Assembly: GCA_964543195.1 (NCBI GenBank)
Contig: CAZIXF010000014.1
Coordinates: forward strand, 27,144-91,143
Direction: 5' to 3'
From: an uncultured Roseivirgaceae bacterium
Lineage (GTDB): Bacteria; Bacteroidota; Bacteroidia; Cytophagales; Cyclobacteriaceae
Length of the DNA: 64,000 nucleotides
Under the pieces are notes generated by a model. That model had not been told where the DNA came from. It was given only the letters and a program-made list of their open reading frames with translations, and made no database searches. Below are positions 27,785-37,182 of the stretch, one piece after another. Position 1 is the first letter of the stretch. Each line of letters starts with the position of its first letter. Position numbers and translations under genes: made by a program.

Positions 27785-28360
27785 ATGAAGGAAGAAATTG
27801 AAGATATAGTCATAGAGAAGATTAAGAATGGGGATTACCAGGCTTGCCGGTATATTGTCGACAAATACAAATCCTACGTTTTCCAGATCGCGTTGAGGAT
27901 CGTGAAAATACGGGAAGATGCCGAAGAAGTGGCGCAGGACAGTTTTGTCAAGGCATTCAGGGCGATCGGTAATTTTAAATATGAAAGCAAGTTTTCCACC
28001 TGGTTATACCGCATCACGTTCAATAATGCGGTAAGCCGGACAAGGCGAAAACAGATCTTCAAGGATGAGATCAACGAGGAAGTGATTGAATCGGGCCATC
28101 TGGTAAGTCTTGCTTCCGGGATGGAAAACCTGAAGCAGGCAGACAGGGAAAAAATATTATATGAAGCCATGCAGGACCTCAGTGATGAAGAAAAAGTATT
28201 AATTTCGTTATATTATTTTGAGGATAACTCCATGGCCGAAGTCGCCGGGGTTACCGGGCTCGATGAAAACCTGGTCAAGGTAAAAGTGCACAGGACACGT
28301 AAAAAATTGTATAAAAACCTTACGGACTTAATGGGAATTAAACAGGAAGACCTCTTATGA
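27785..28360 (+). CDS. RNA polymerase ECF-type sigma-70 factor
   Basis: 191 aa. Region 2 is 'EDAEEVAQDSFVKAF' and 'F.TWLYRIT.N'. Region 4 is 'SMAEVAGVTG..ENLVKVKVHRTRKKL'. Confidence 0.9.
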   Translation: MKEEIEDIVIEKIKNGDYQACRYIVDKYKSYVFQIALRIVKIREDAEEVAQDSFVKAFRAIGNFKYESKFSTWLYRITFNNAVSRTRRKQIFKDEINEEVIESGHLVSLASGMENLKQADREKILYEAMQDLSDEEKVLISLYYFEDNSMAEVAGVTGLDENLVKVKVHRTRKKLYKNLTDLMGIKQEDLL

Positions 28361-28755
28361 AAGAAGACAGAATAGACCGGATCATCCGGAAAACATACAA
28401 TTCCGATATCGAACAGGGCCCGTCACCGGAATTCACAGAACGGGTCATGAAGGAGATGGGAGTTAGACGGTCCGGATCGAAGCTCGAAACAAAGCCCCTT
28501 AGATCAAAACGGGGTCTGTTATTAACGGGGTTGATCTATCTTTTCATTTTTGCGCTGGTGGTCGTATTGCCCATGGTATTGCCTGAAGCGATGGCCGGCG
28601 GTACTGTTTATCAATTACCCGAATTCAACCTTCCCCCCCTGACCGAATTACTGAATCTTGATCAGGGTATGACCCGGATATTGATGGTGCTGATCCTGGG
28701 TGGCTGGGCCCTGATATTTTTCGACAACTATATCAGGAAACTTTTCATGCGATAA
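28357..28755 (+). CDS. membrane protein, possible cognate anti-sigma factor
   Basis: 132 aa. The start overlaps the sigma gene stop (ATGA), and there are two TM segments. I see no recognisable zf-HC2 motif. Confidence 0.45.
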   Translation: MKEDRIDRIIRKTYNSDIEQGPSPEFTERVMKEMGVRRSGSKLETKPLRSKRGLLLTGLIYLFIFALVVVLPMVLPEAMAGGTVYQLPEFNLPPLTELLNLDQGMTRILMVLILGGWALIFFDNYIRKLFMR

Positions 28756-29173
28756 CGAGGTTCTGATTTGTCCTGACGAATAAAATTTAGCCGGGCAATC
28801 TGTTGAAGAGAGAGAAAATATTCTCTGGTATACCGGTATGAATCTGAGCCCTGTTTGTGGCAGAACCGACTTTAATCCTTGTATAATTTCCCGATTGAAG
28901 CACAATCACGTACAATGGCCGGAAGGGGAACTGGTTTCCCTGGAAAAGGCTGAAAAATACGAACATCCATACACCTTGATTTCCAGGAAATTTCATAGAA
29001 TTTTCGTTTGTGAATCGAATATCATACGGCCCGAAACCACATTATTTAATCACGGATATTCCTGAAAATATTGCTTTGCATTTCTCACCATTAAGCACTA
29101 ATTTTACAGCCCTTTTGGGATGGGGCATTACATCTTGATCCTCATTTTTTTAACTCAAATTAAACGGTTTGAT

Positions 29174-31303
29174 ATGAAAGTTTTTGATGACAAGCATATA
29201 AAGAATGTTGCCTTGTTAGGCAGTTCAAAGTCCGGGAAAACCACACTTGCTGAAACCATGCTTTTTGAGGCGGGCCTTATCAACAGGCGGGGTAGCGTTG
29301 AAGATAAGAATACGGTATCGGATTACCATGAAATTGAGCATGACCGCGGGAATTCCGTCTATGCCACCACACTTCATACAGAGTGGCGGGATTACAAGAT
29401 CAACCTGATCGATACTCCGGGTCTGGATGATTTTATGGGTGAGATCGTTTCCTCCCTGCGCGTGGCCGATACCTGTCTCATGGTGATCAATTCACAATAC
29501 GGGGTGGAGGTTAATACGGAGCTGATCTGGAATTACGTGGAAAAATTCGGCAAGCCTGTAATTTTCACCATCAATCAGCTTGATCATTCGAAATCCAATT
29601 TTGAGGGTGCTTTTGAGTCCATAAAAAAACGTTTTGGTGCCGCACCTATCCTGATGCAGTACCCGGTTAATCAGGGAGATGGTTTCAATGGCATTATCGA
29701 CCTTCTGAAAATGACTTATTATAAGTATCCTGACGATGGCGGCAAACCCGAAAAACTCCCCATTCCCGATGAAGAAAAGGATAAAGCGGAACAGTTGCAT
29801 AACGAACTGGTGGAAAAGGCTGCGGAGAATGATGAAAGTCTGATGGAACATTATTTCGAGAAGGGCACGCTCGAGGAAGATGAAATGAGGCAGGGCCTGA
29901 AGATCGGAATGCTCAAGCAGGAAGTTATGCCTGTATTCTGTATGTCAGCGAAGAAAAATATGGGAAGCGGCAGACTGATGGGATTCATCGATAATGTGGC
30001 GCCCTCAGCTGTGGAAGGGAATCCTGAAATTACGGTGGATGAAAAAGAAGTGGCCGTGAACCCGGATGAAAAAACATCGGTTTTCATATTCAAAACCATC
30101 AATGAGCCGTATCTCGGCAAGGTCAATTTCTTCAAGGTTTGTACCGGCGAACTTAAAGTAGGAACGGATCTGGTCAATGCACAAAGCGGTGTTACCGAAA
30201 AATTCAACCAGTTGTTCATTATGGATGGTAAAAACCGGAACAATGTAGATAAACTTAGCGCGGGTGATATCGGGGCTTCTGTTAAGCTGAAGGATACCAA
30301 TACGAATAATACCCTTCATGTCAAGGATTTTCCCATTGAATATAAACCCATCGAATTTCCCGAACCACGGATCAGAACAGCCATCAGGGCCAAAGATAAA
30401 AACGATGAAGAAAAGCTGGCCGAAGCACTCAGGGAGATCAACCAGGAGGATCCCACAGCCCAGTATATCTTCTCAAGAGAACTGAAGCAGATGATCCTGT
30501 CTGCCCAGGGAGAGCTTCATCTTTCCGTGGTCGACTGGAAATTGAAAAATATCTATTCCGTCGAAGCGGAAATGTTCAAGCCCAGGATCCCTTACCGGGA
30601 AACGATCCAGAAAAAGGCCGATGCAAGTTACCGTCACAAAAAACAATCGGGCGGCGCAGGCCAGTTTGGCGAGGTATTCATGAGGATTGATCCTTATTAT
30701 GATGGCGCACCCGTGCCCACTGATCTGAACATAAGAGGTAAAGAAGAGATCAATCTTGAATGGGGAGGCAAACTGGTATTTTACAACTGTATTGTAGGGG
30801 GAGTGATCGATCAGCGATTCATTCCATCCATTCTCAAAGGGGTAATGGAAAAAATGGAGGAAGGTCCGTTGACCGGTTCATATGTGAGGGACGTACGGGT
30901 ATTTGTGTATGATGGAAAAATGCACCCTGTCGATTCCAATGATATTTCCTTTAAGATCGCAGGTGCCCAGGCTTTCAAGCAGGCATTTGTGAACGCCAAT
31001 CCCAAGATACTGGAACCGGTTTACGATGTAGAGGTAATGGTACCCGAAGAACTGATGGGAGATGTAATGACGGATCTGCAGTCCAGGCGTTCGATCATCA
31101 TGGGCATGGATGCTGTGAATAATTATCAGATCATTAAGGCAAAAACTCCGCTGGCCGAGATGTATAAGTATACCACTACCTTACGTTCACTCACGCAGGG
31201 ACGTGCCAGTTTCTCTTCGAAATTTTCGGAATACGCACCGGTGCCGCCTGACCTTCAGCAAAAACTGTATGAAGAACATAAGGCGGCAGAAGTGGAAGAA
31301 TAA
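29174..31303 (+). CDS. elongation factor G paralog (EF-G2-like) with degenerate GTPase motifs
   Basis: Full five-domain EF-G architecture. G1 is 'GSSKSGKTT', G3 is 'DTPGLDDF', and G4 is 'NQLD'. The ATG at 29174 is preferred over the track start at 29120. Confidence 0.9.
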   Translation: MKVFDDKHIKNVALLGSSKSGKTTLAETMLFEAGLINRRGSVEDKNTVSDYHEIEHDRGNSVYATTLHTEWRDYKINLIDTPGLDDFMGEIVSSLRVADTCLMVINSQYGVEVNTELIWNYVEKFGKPVIFTINQLDHSKSNFEGAFESIKKRFGAAPILMQYPVNQGDGFNGIIDLLKMTYYKYPDDGGKPEKLPIPDEEKDKAEQLHNELVEKAAENDESLMEHYFEKGTLEEDEMRQGLKIGMLKQEVMPVFCMSAKKNMGSGRLMGFIDNVAPSAVEGNPEITVDEKEVAVNPDEKTSVFIFKTINEPYLGKVNFFKVCTGELKVGTDLVNAQSGVTEKFNQLFIMDGKNRNNVDKLSAGDIGASVKLKDTNTNNTLHVKDFPIEYKPIEFPEPRIRTAIRAKDKNDEEKLAEALREINQEDPTAQYIFSRELKQMILSAQGELHLSVVDWKLKNIYSVEAEMFKPRIPYRETIQKKADASYRHKKQSGGAGQFGEVFMRIDPYYDGAPVPTDLNIRGKEEINLEWGGKLVFYNCIVGGVIDQRFIPSILKGVMEKMEEGPLTGSYVRDVRVFVYDGKMHPVDSNDISFKIAGAQAFKQAFVNANPKILEPVYDVEVMVPEELMGDVMTDLQSRRSIIMGMDAVNNYQIIKAKTPLAEMYKYTTTLRSLTQGRASFSSKFSEYAPVPPDLQQKLYEEHKAAEVEE

Positions 31304-31394
31304 TTTGGAATGATTAATAACCAAAGTTCAATGGATCAATGATCAATTAATATTCAATTTTTAATTTTTTAATTGCTCAAAACCGTTTCGGAAA

Positions 31395-31518
31395 GAATTG
31401 GAATTTCAGAAATTGGATATTGGCCATTAATTGAATATTGTTCATTGTGATTTGAACATTAATTGATTATTGGCTATTGATAATTGAACATTAATTGGAG
31501 ATTGGCGATTGGAATTTG
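31395..31518. repeat. C-depleted ATTG-rich low-complexity/repeat region
   Basis: tgaacattaattg occurs twice (31453-65, 31485-97), gtgatttg occurs at 31447-54, and (gagattg gcgattg gaatttg) runs from 31498 to 31518. Confidence 0.75.
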
Positions 31519-31528
31519 AATATTTTAT

Positions 31529-33052
31529 CTAGTTTTCGCCGATCATCTTCAGGATATCGTCCAGGTATTCCCTGGAATTGACCAGACGGGGCACCTTGTT
31601 CTGCCCACCCAGTTTATTTCGCTTTTTCATCCAAAAATAAAATGTGCCTTCATTCACCGGGTGGACTACCGGTTTATCAAGAGCCAGATTTTTATATCTT
31701 TTAGCATCATAGTCACTATTCAGTTCCCGCATGGTGGTATCGAGAACTTCAGTGAACTCCGAAATATCATCAGGGTGCTTTTTGAATTCAATAATCCATT
31801 CGTGTCCTCCACGATTCCCTTCTCCTATATACCGGGGTCCGGCTGTATAGTCCCCGATAATGGCTCCCGTTTTCTCGCAGGCCCTGGTGATACCCTGTTC
31901 TGCATTTTCTATGATCAGCTCTTCACCAAACGCGTTAATGAAATGCCTGGTCCGGCCGGAGATTTTGATCCTGAACGGATATTTGGAGGTGAATTTTACC
32001 GTATCCCCTATTTTATAGCGCCATAAACCTGCATTGGTAGATATGATCATGGCATAGTTTTTACCGATCTCCACTTCATCAAGGCTGTATGTCCTCGGAT
32101 TGTCGCTTTCAATATCCTCAAAAGGCATAAATTCATAAAAAATGCCATAATCAAGCATCAATAATAATTCATCCGATTCTTTCTGATCCTGGATACCAAA
32201 AAACCCCTCCGAAGCATTGTAGGTTTCCAGGTAATGCATATCCGGAGAGGGTATCAGTGATTTAAAAAGGCTGCGATAGGGGGTAAAGGCAACCGCACCA
32301 TGGACAAACAATTCGAGATCCGGCCAGATTTCCAGTATATGCTCGGCTTTTTTCATTTCCAGGATACGCTTGATCAATACTACCGTCCAGGTGGGCACAC
32401 CGTAAATACTGGTTACATTTTCTTCTGCCGTGATCCTGGCCATTTTTTCTATCTTTTCTTCCCATTCATCCATAAGCGCGACATCCATGGGGGGAGTTTT
32501 TTTGATCTGGCTCCAGAAAGGAAGATTTTTTATGATCACCGCCGACACATCCCCGTAATAGGATTTTGAATTCTCATCAAATTTATTGATCTGATGGCTG
32601 CCGCCGATCACAAGGCCTTTCCCGGTAAACATTTTGGTATCCGGGTAATTATTGACATATATGGAGATCATGTCTTTGCCTCCCTTGAAATGGCAATCCT
32701 CAAGGGCCTCATCGGTTACCGGTATAAATTTACTTCGTGCATTGGTAGTGCCTGATGATTTGGCAAACCAGTTGACTTCCGAAGACCACAGGATCTTCTG
32801 TTCCCCTTTCAATAACCTGTCGATATAAGGATAAAGATTTTCATAATTCCGCACCGGCAAGTTACGCCTGAAATCTTCTATCGACTTTATGTTGGTGAAA
32901 TCATGGTCCCTGCCAAAAACAGTATTTTTACCATTTTTGATGAGGTTGTTAAATAATTCCTGCTGTACTTCGATCGGAAATTTTAGAAAAAGCTCTATCT
33001 GATGCATACGCTTTTTCATTATCCAGGAAATTATGGAGTTGATGATTTCCAC
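31529..33052 (-). CDS. GH3 auxin-responsive promoter family (acyl-acid amido synthetase-like) protein
   Basis: 507 aa. 'FAKSSGTTNARSKFIPVT', 'YNASEGFFG' and 'RYKIGD' match the GH3 family. Confidence 0.85.
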   Translation of the reverse strand: MEIINSIISWIMKKRMHQIELFLKFPIEVQQELFNNLIKNGKNTVFGRDHDFTNIKSIEDFRRNLPVRNYENLYPYIDRLLKGEQKILWSSEVNWFAKSSGTTNARSKFIPVTDEALEDCHFKGGKDMISIYVNNYPDTKMFTGKGLVIGGSHQINKFDENSKSYYGDVSAVIIKNLPFWSQIKKTPPMDVALMDEWEEKIEKMARITAEENVTSIYGVPTWTVVLIKRILEMKKAEHILEIWPDLELFVHGAVAFTPYRSLFKSLIPSPDMHYLETYNASEGFFGIQDQKESDELLLMLDYGIFYEFMPFEDIESDNPRTYSLDEVEIGKNYAMIISTNAGLWRYKIGDTVKFTSKYPFRIKISGRTRHFINAFGEELIIENAEQGITRACEKTGAIIGDYTAGPRYIGEGNRGGHEWIIEFKKHPDDISEFTEVLDTTMRELNSDYDAKRYKNLALDKPVVHPVNEGTFYFWMKKRNKLGGQNKVPRLVNSREYLDDILKMIGEN

Positions 33053-33062
33053 GCTCTGATCC

Positions 33063-33800
33063 CTATATTTTTCGTTTTAATTCAAAATGTTTGCCCAGAT
33101 AAACCCGACGCACCTGTTCATCGGCAGCCAGTTCTTCGGCACTTCCTGCCTTTAAAAGCTTCCCTTCAAACATCAGATAGGCCCTGTCGGTAATGGATAA
33201 AGTTTCGTTTACGTTATGATCCGTGATCAGGATTCCGATATTCTTTTTTTTGAGCCTGGCCACAATCATCTGGATCTCTTCCACGGCAATAGGATCCACT
33301 CCGGCGAAAGGTTCGTCCAAAAGCACAAACTTAGGATCAACGGCAAGTGCCCTTGCAATTTCAGTCCTCCTTCTTTCACCACCCGACAACAGAACCCCTT
33401 TATTTTTTCTTACATGAGACAGACTGAACTCGCTTATCAGATCTTCCATTTTCTGTTTTTGTTCAGCTTTGGTCATATCCGACAATTCAAGCACAGCCAT
33501 CAGGTTTTCTTCTACCGTGAGTGATCTGAAAACGGATGGTTCCTGGGCAAGATAACCGATACCTCTTTGTGCTCTTTTGTACATAGCAAGAGAGGTAATA
33601 TTATTGTCATCCAGAAATATTTCACCTGAATTAGGTTTGATCAGGCCTACGATCATATAAAATGTAGTGGTTTTACCTGCTCCGTTCGGACCGAGCAACC
33701 CAACAATCTCTCCCTGTTCGACATGCAGGGTGACATCATCGACCACCATCCGCTTTTTATATTTTTTATAGAGGCTTTCTGCCCTTAAAATCTTTCCCAT
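33063..33800 (-). CDS. lptB: LPS export ABC transporter ATP-binding protein
   Basis: 245 aa with Walker A 'GPNGAGKTT', signature 'LSGGERRR' and Walker B 'FVLLDEP'. Confidence 0.95.
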   Translation of the reverse strand: MGKILRAESLYKKYKKRMVVDDVTLHVEQGEIVGLLGPNGAGKTTTFYMIVGLIKPNSGEIFLDDNNITSLAMYKRAQRGIGYLAQEPSVFRSLTVEENLMAVLELSDMTKAEQKQKMEDLISEFSLSHVRKNKGVLLSGGERRRTEIARALAVDPKFVLLDEPFAGVDPIAVEEIQMIVARLKKKNIGILITDHNVNETLSITDRAYLMFEGKLLKAGSAEELAADEQVRRVYLGKHFELKRKI

Positions 33801-35503
33801 CAGTCGAACTTGATATCCTTGGCAAATAATTGTATAGACCTCTGGCCCATATAATCATTCTCTTCAATGGTGTAGGCCATTTTAAACCTCATTCCACTCT
33901 CGATCAGCTCAAAATATTGTGCAAGGCCGAATCCCAGGGTCTCAAATACCGTATCGTTTCCTTCCTGATGAACCATGAATTTTAAATGTTCATTTTTCAG
34001 CAAACGGGGACGGGATGAAACATAGAGGTTTTCTGACATAAATACCGGTTGCTTATTATACGGACCAAAGGGGGCCATTTGTTTTAATATTTCCAGAAAT
34101 TTAGGTTTAATCACGTCGAGATTAATAACCTGATCAATATCGATCCTGGGGATAAGCTGTTCTTCGGTAATCCGTTCTTCGACAATTTTTTCAAATTTTT
34201 TTGTAAATGCAGATAATTTATCGAGAGAAAGAGTAAGGCCTGCCGCATACATGTGGCCTCCATACTGATCAAGGAGATCAGAACACTCGGCTATGGCTTC
34301 ATACACATCAAACCCATCGATCGACCGGGCCGAGCCAGTAGCCTTATTATTGGAGCGGGTAAGGATTATGGTAGGACGGTAGAATTTATCGATACAACGG
34401 GAAGCCACAATACCGATCACCCCTTTATGCCAGTCGCTTTTAAAAAGTACAGTAGATTTTGATTTTTTCAGTTTTTCATCACCCTCTATCATCTTAAGCG
34501 CTTCCCGAGTAATGGTGGTATCAAAGCTTCGGCGTGTATCATTGTTACTGTTTACCTTCAAAGCTATATGTTCGGCACTCTTGTACGATTCGGATAACAG
34601 GAGCTCTACGGCCAAACCGGCATGAGCCATCCTGCCTGCCGCATTGATCCGCGGACCTATTCCGAACACAATGCCCGAAAGGGTTACTTTTCCTCTCAGT
34701 CCGGCCACATCGATCAGGGCTTTTAACCCCGGTCGCGGATCATTATTCAGTTTTTCGATTCCATAATAACAGAAGATCCGGTTTTCTCCATCGACCGGTA
34801 CGATATCGGAAGCAATGCTAACCGCAAGAAAATCAAGGTATCCGAATAATTGATTAACATCGAGTTTGTTCTGTATGCTGAAGGCCTGCATAAATTTAAA
34901 GCCCACACCACATCCCGATAGTTCCTTATAGGGATATTTACACTCTTTTCTTTTGGGATCAAGAATGGCATAAGCTTCAGGCAGTGTTTTCCCCGGCAGA
35001 TGATGATCACAAATGATCATATCGATCCCCAGCTTTTTAGCTTCGCTCGTCATTTCAATGGCTTTTATGCCACAATCCAGACTGATGATCAGGTCAATTT
35101 TATTCTTCCCTGCCCATTCAATTCCGGCGGAAGAAATACCATATCCCTCTTTATACCTGTCAGGGATGTAATAATGAATATTGGAATATATTTTCTTCAG
35201 GTAACGATAAACCAGCGCTACCGATGTGGTGCCGTCCACATCATAATCACCGTAGATAAGGATGTTTTCCCCATTATGGATCGCCTGGTTAAGCCTTTCA
35301 ACCGCAAGATCCATATCCTCCATCAGGAAAGGATCATGAAGGTCTTCAAGTTTGGGCCGGAAGTAAGTTTTGGCTTCCTCAAAGGTGGTAATATCTCTTT
35401 GGACCAGTATACCGGCCAGAATGGCATTAATATTAATAGCAGAAGAAAGCCGGGTTACCTTCTCCTTATCGGGCTCGGGTTTAATGATCCATCTATGATC
35501 CAT
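33800..35503 (-). CDS. recJ: single-stranded-DNA-specific exonuclease RecJ
   Basis: DHH motifs '[10 protein letters not shown]', 'DCG' and 'ICDHH', plus DHHA1 'GGHMYAAG'. The ATG at 35503 ([11 protein letters not shown]) is preferred because the track start at 35590 is a TTG. A CAAAAATA box lies at 35512-19. Confidence 0.93.
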   Translation of the reverse strand: MDHRWIIKPEPDKEKVTRLSSAININAILAGILVQRDITTFEEAKTYFRPKLEDLHDPFLMEDMDLAVERLNQAIHNGENILIYGDYDVDGTTSVALVYRYLKKIYSNIHYYIPDRYKEGYGISSAGIEWAGKNKIDLIISLDCGIKAIEMTSEAKKLGIDMIICDHHLPGKTLPEAYAILDPKRKECKYPYKELSGCGVGFKFMQAFSIQNKLDVNQLFGYLDFLAVSIASDIVPVDGENRIFCYYGIEKLNNDPRPGLKALIDVAGLRGKVTLSGIVFGIGPRINAAGRMAHAGLAVELLLSESYKSAEHIALKVNSNNDTRRSFDTTITREALKMIEGDEKLKKSKSTVLFKSDWHKGVIGIVASRCIDKFYRPTIILTRSNNKATGSARSIDGFDVYEAIAECSDLLDQYGGHMYAAGLTLSLDKLSAFTKKFEKIVEERITEEQLIPRIDIDQVINLDVIKPKFLEILKQMAPFGPYNKQPVFMSENLYVSSRPRLLKNEHLKFMVHQEGNDTVFETLGFGLAQYFELIESGMRFKMAYTIEENDYMGQRSIQLFAKDIKFD

Positions 35504-35708
35504 GTTCAATACAAAAATAGATATTAAACTTAAGAATATGCTCCGATAATAAAAATTATAAAATAATACCTTTCCCTTAACAGGCCCCAATCATGTTATC
35601 GGCCTGTGAGGCTGTCTGATTATTGCCATGTAATAATAAACCACAGTGTGAAGATTCGGGTAATACGATAATGGTCAGTAAAACGGATATCCTGGGATCA
35701 GAGGCAGG

Positions 35709-37079
35709 TTATTGATGATGCAGAACCGGAAGGCTGATTTTAAATACAGTACCCTGATCCACTTTACTTCTAACCCTGATATTTCCTTTATGCTTCTGTA
35801 TGATACCATAAGATATGGATAATCCCAATCCGGTACCTTCCCCCACATCTTTTGTGGTGAAAAACGGATCGAAAATTTTGTTTAAATACTTGCCGGGTAT
35901 GCCCCTTCCGCTATCTTCAATCCAGATTATGGCTTTGGTCCTGGATTTCCTCGTCTTGATCAGTATGTGTCCTTTATCCTCTATCGACTGGATTGCATTG
36001 GTAAGGATATTCATGAATACCTGGTTCAGCAATCCGGGATAACATTCAATCACTTCAAGATCTTTGTCGTAATCCCGGGTAATGGTGATCCGGTCCCTAT
36101 ATTGATTTCTAAGAAGGATCAGGGTGGATTCGATCCCTTCATGAATATCTGCCCTTCGCAATTCCTGCTCATTCAGTCTCGAGAAATTTTTCAATCCTGA
36201 AACGATTTCCTTCGTACGGTTTGCTCCTTCGCTTATTCCGTTAAGTAACTGGTCCAGTTCCGTGATCAAATAATCAAGATCATATTTTTTTCCCAATTCT
36301 CTGGCATTTGAAATCCTGTTCTGGTCCATATCTCCGGATGCCGCTTCCCTGTATGCGTCAAGTACCTGCCTTAGTTCGGCGATCCCTGTCTTTAATGGTG
36401 AAATATTTGCACTGACAAAATTGATGGGATTGTTGATTTCATGTGCTATGCCCGCCGTTAATTGACCAAGTGAAGCCATCTTTTCCGATTCGATCAGTTT
36501 ACGCTGGGCCTTCCTGAGTTTATCCAGGGTTTTTTCAAGTTCTTCGAATGATTTTTGGATTTCATCGCGCTGAAAAGCTATTTCAGCATTTTTTTCCTCC
36601 AGTTCCCTGTTGATCTCTAAAATGGATTCTTTCTGACGGGAAAGAAGCTTGTTGTCCTTACGTTTCTGTACATAACCTATAATGATCAGGATGAGTATGA
36701 TGGATAACAATCCAATGGTCATGATAGATAACTTCCGGCGCAATGCGGCACGCTCCAGCTCCCTGTCCTTCATGTCGTTCTTTAGATCACGAAGCTGGTC
36801 AGGCTTTGCTCTGGCGCTGATATAAGCCGGTCCCCTATTACCGGTGCGGGCTTCACCGGCTACCTTGTTCAGCAGGATGATGGCCGAATTAATCTCAGAT
36901 CTAAGAATATGATCCTCTGCCTGAATAGGATCTTCCCTAATCCGTATTGAATCGTTCAGGCTGTGGGTAAGTGCATCGGCATGAATGGCAAGAAATAATA
37001 CCAGGCTGAACAAATAAGACATGATCTGCCATATGGGGAGTCCGATAAAAATCCATGCTGATTTCATAACTGTCATCAA
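35709..37079 (-). CDS. sensor histidine kinase (orphan)
   Basis: 456 aa with two TM segments flanking a ~90-aa periplasmic region, a coiled coil, H-box 'AGIAHEINNPINF', N-box 'NAIQS', and G-boxes 'DSGRGI' and 'GTGLGL'. Confidence 0.9.
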   Translation of the reverse strand: MMTVMKSAWIFIGLPIWQIMSYLFSLVLFLAIHADALTHSLNDSIRIREDPIQAEDHILRSEINSAIILLNKVAGEARTGNRGPAYISARAKPDQLRDLKNDMKDRELERAALRRKLSIMTIGLLSIILILIIIGYVQKRKDNKLLSRQKESILEINRELEEKNAEIAFQRDEIQKSFEELEKTLDKLRKAQRKLIESEKMASLGQLTAGIAHEINNPINFVSANISPLKTGIAELRQVLDAYREAASGDMDQNRISNARELGKKYDLDYLITELDQLLNGISEGANRTKEIVSGLKNFSRLNEQELRRADIHEGIESTLILLRNQYRDRITITRDYDKDLEVIECYPGLLNQVFMNILTNAIQSIEDKGHILIKTRKSRTKAIIWIEDSGRGIPGKYLNKIFDPFFTTKDVGEGTGLGLSISYGIIQKHKGNIRVRSKVDQGTVFKISLPVLHHQ

Positions 37080-37182
37080 TACTTTTTTTTAATTATTGTT
37101 GGTGTTTTGATTATTTGACATACGATCTGGCAAAAGGCTGTCAGGGTATATCCAATCCCCCGGATATTGGAAATGGAGTGAT

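Noticed and set aside
28648-29065. Three track ORFs (85, 69 and 75 aa) in the gap upstream of the EF-G paralog as real genes
   Set aside because: They overlap each other on both strands and have no recognisable motifs, signal peptides or promoter boxes. I report the region as unassigned instead.
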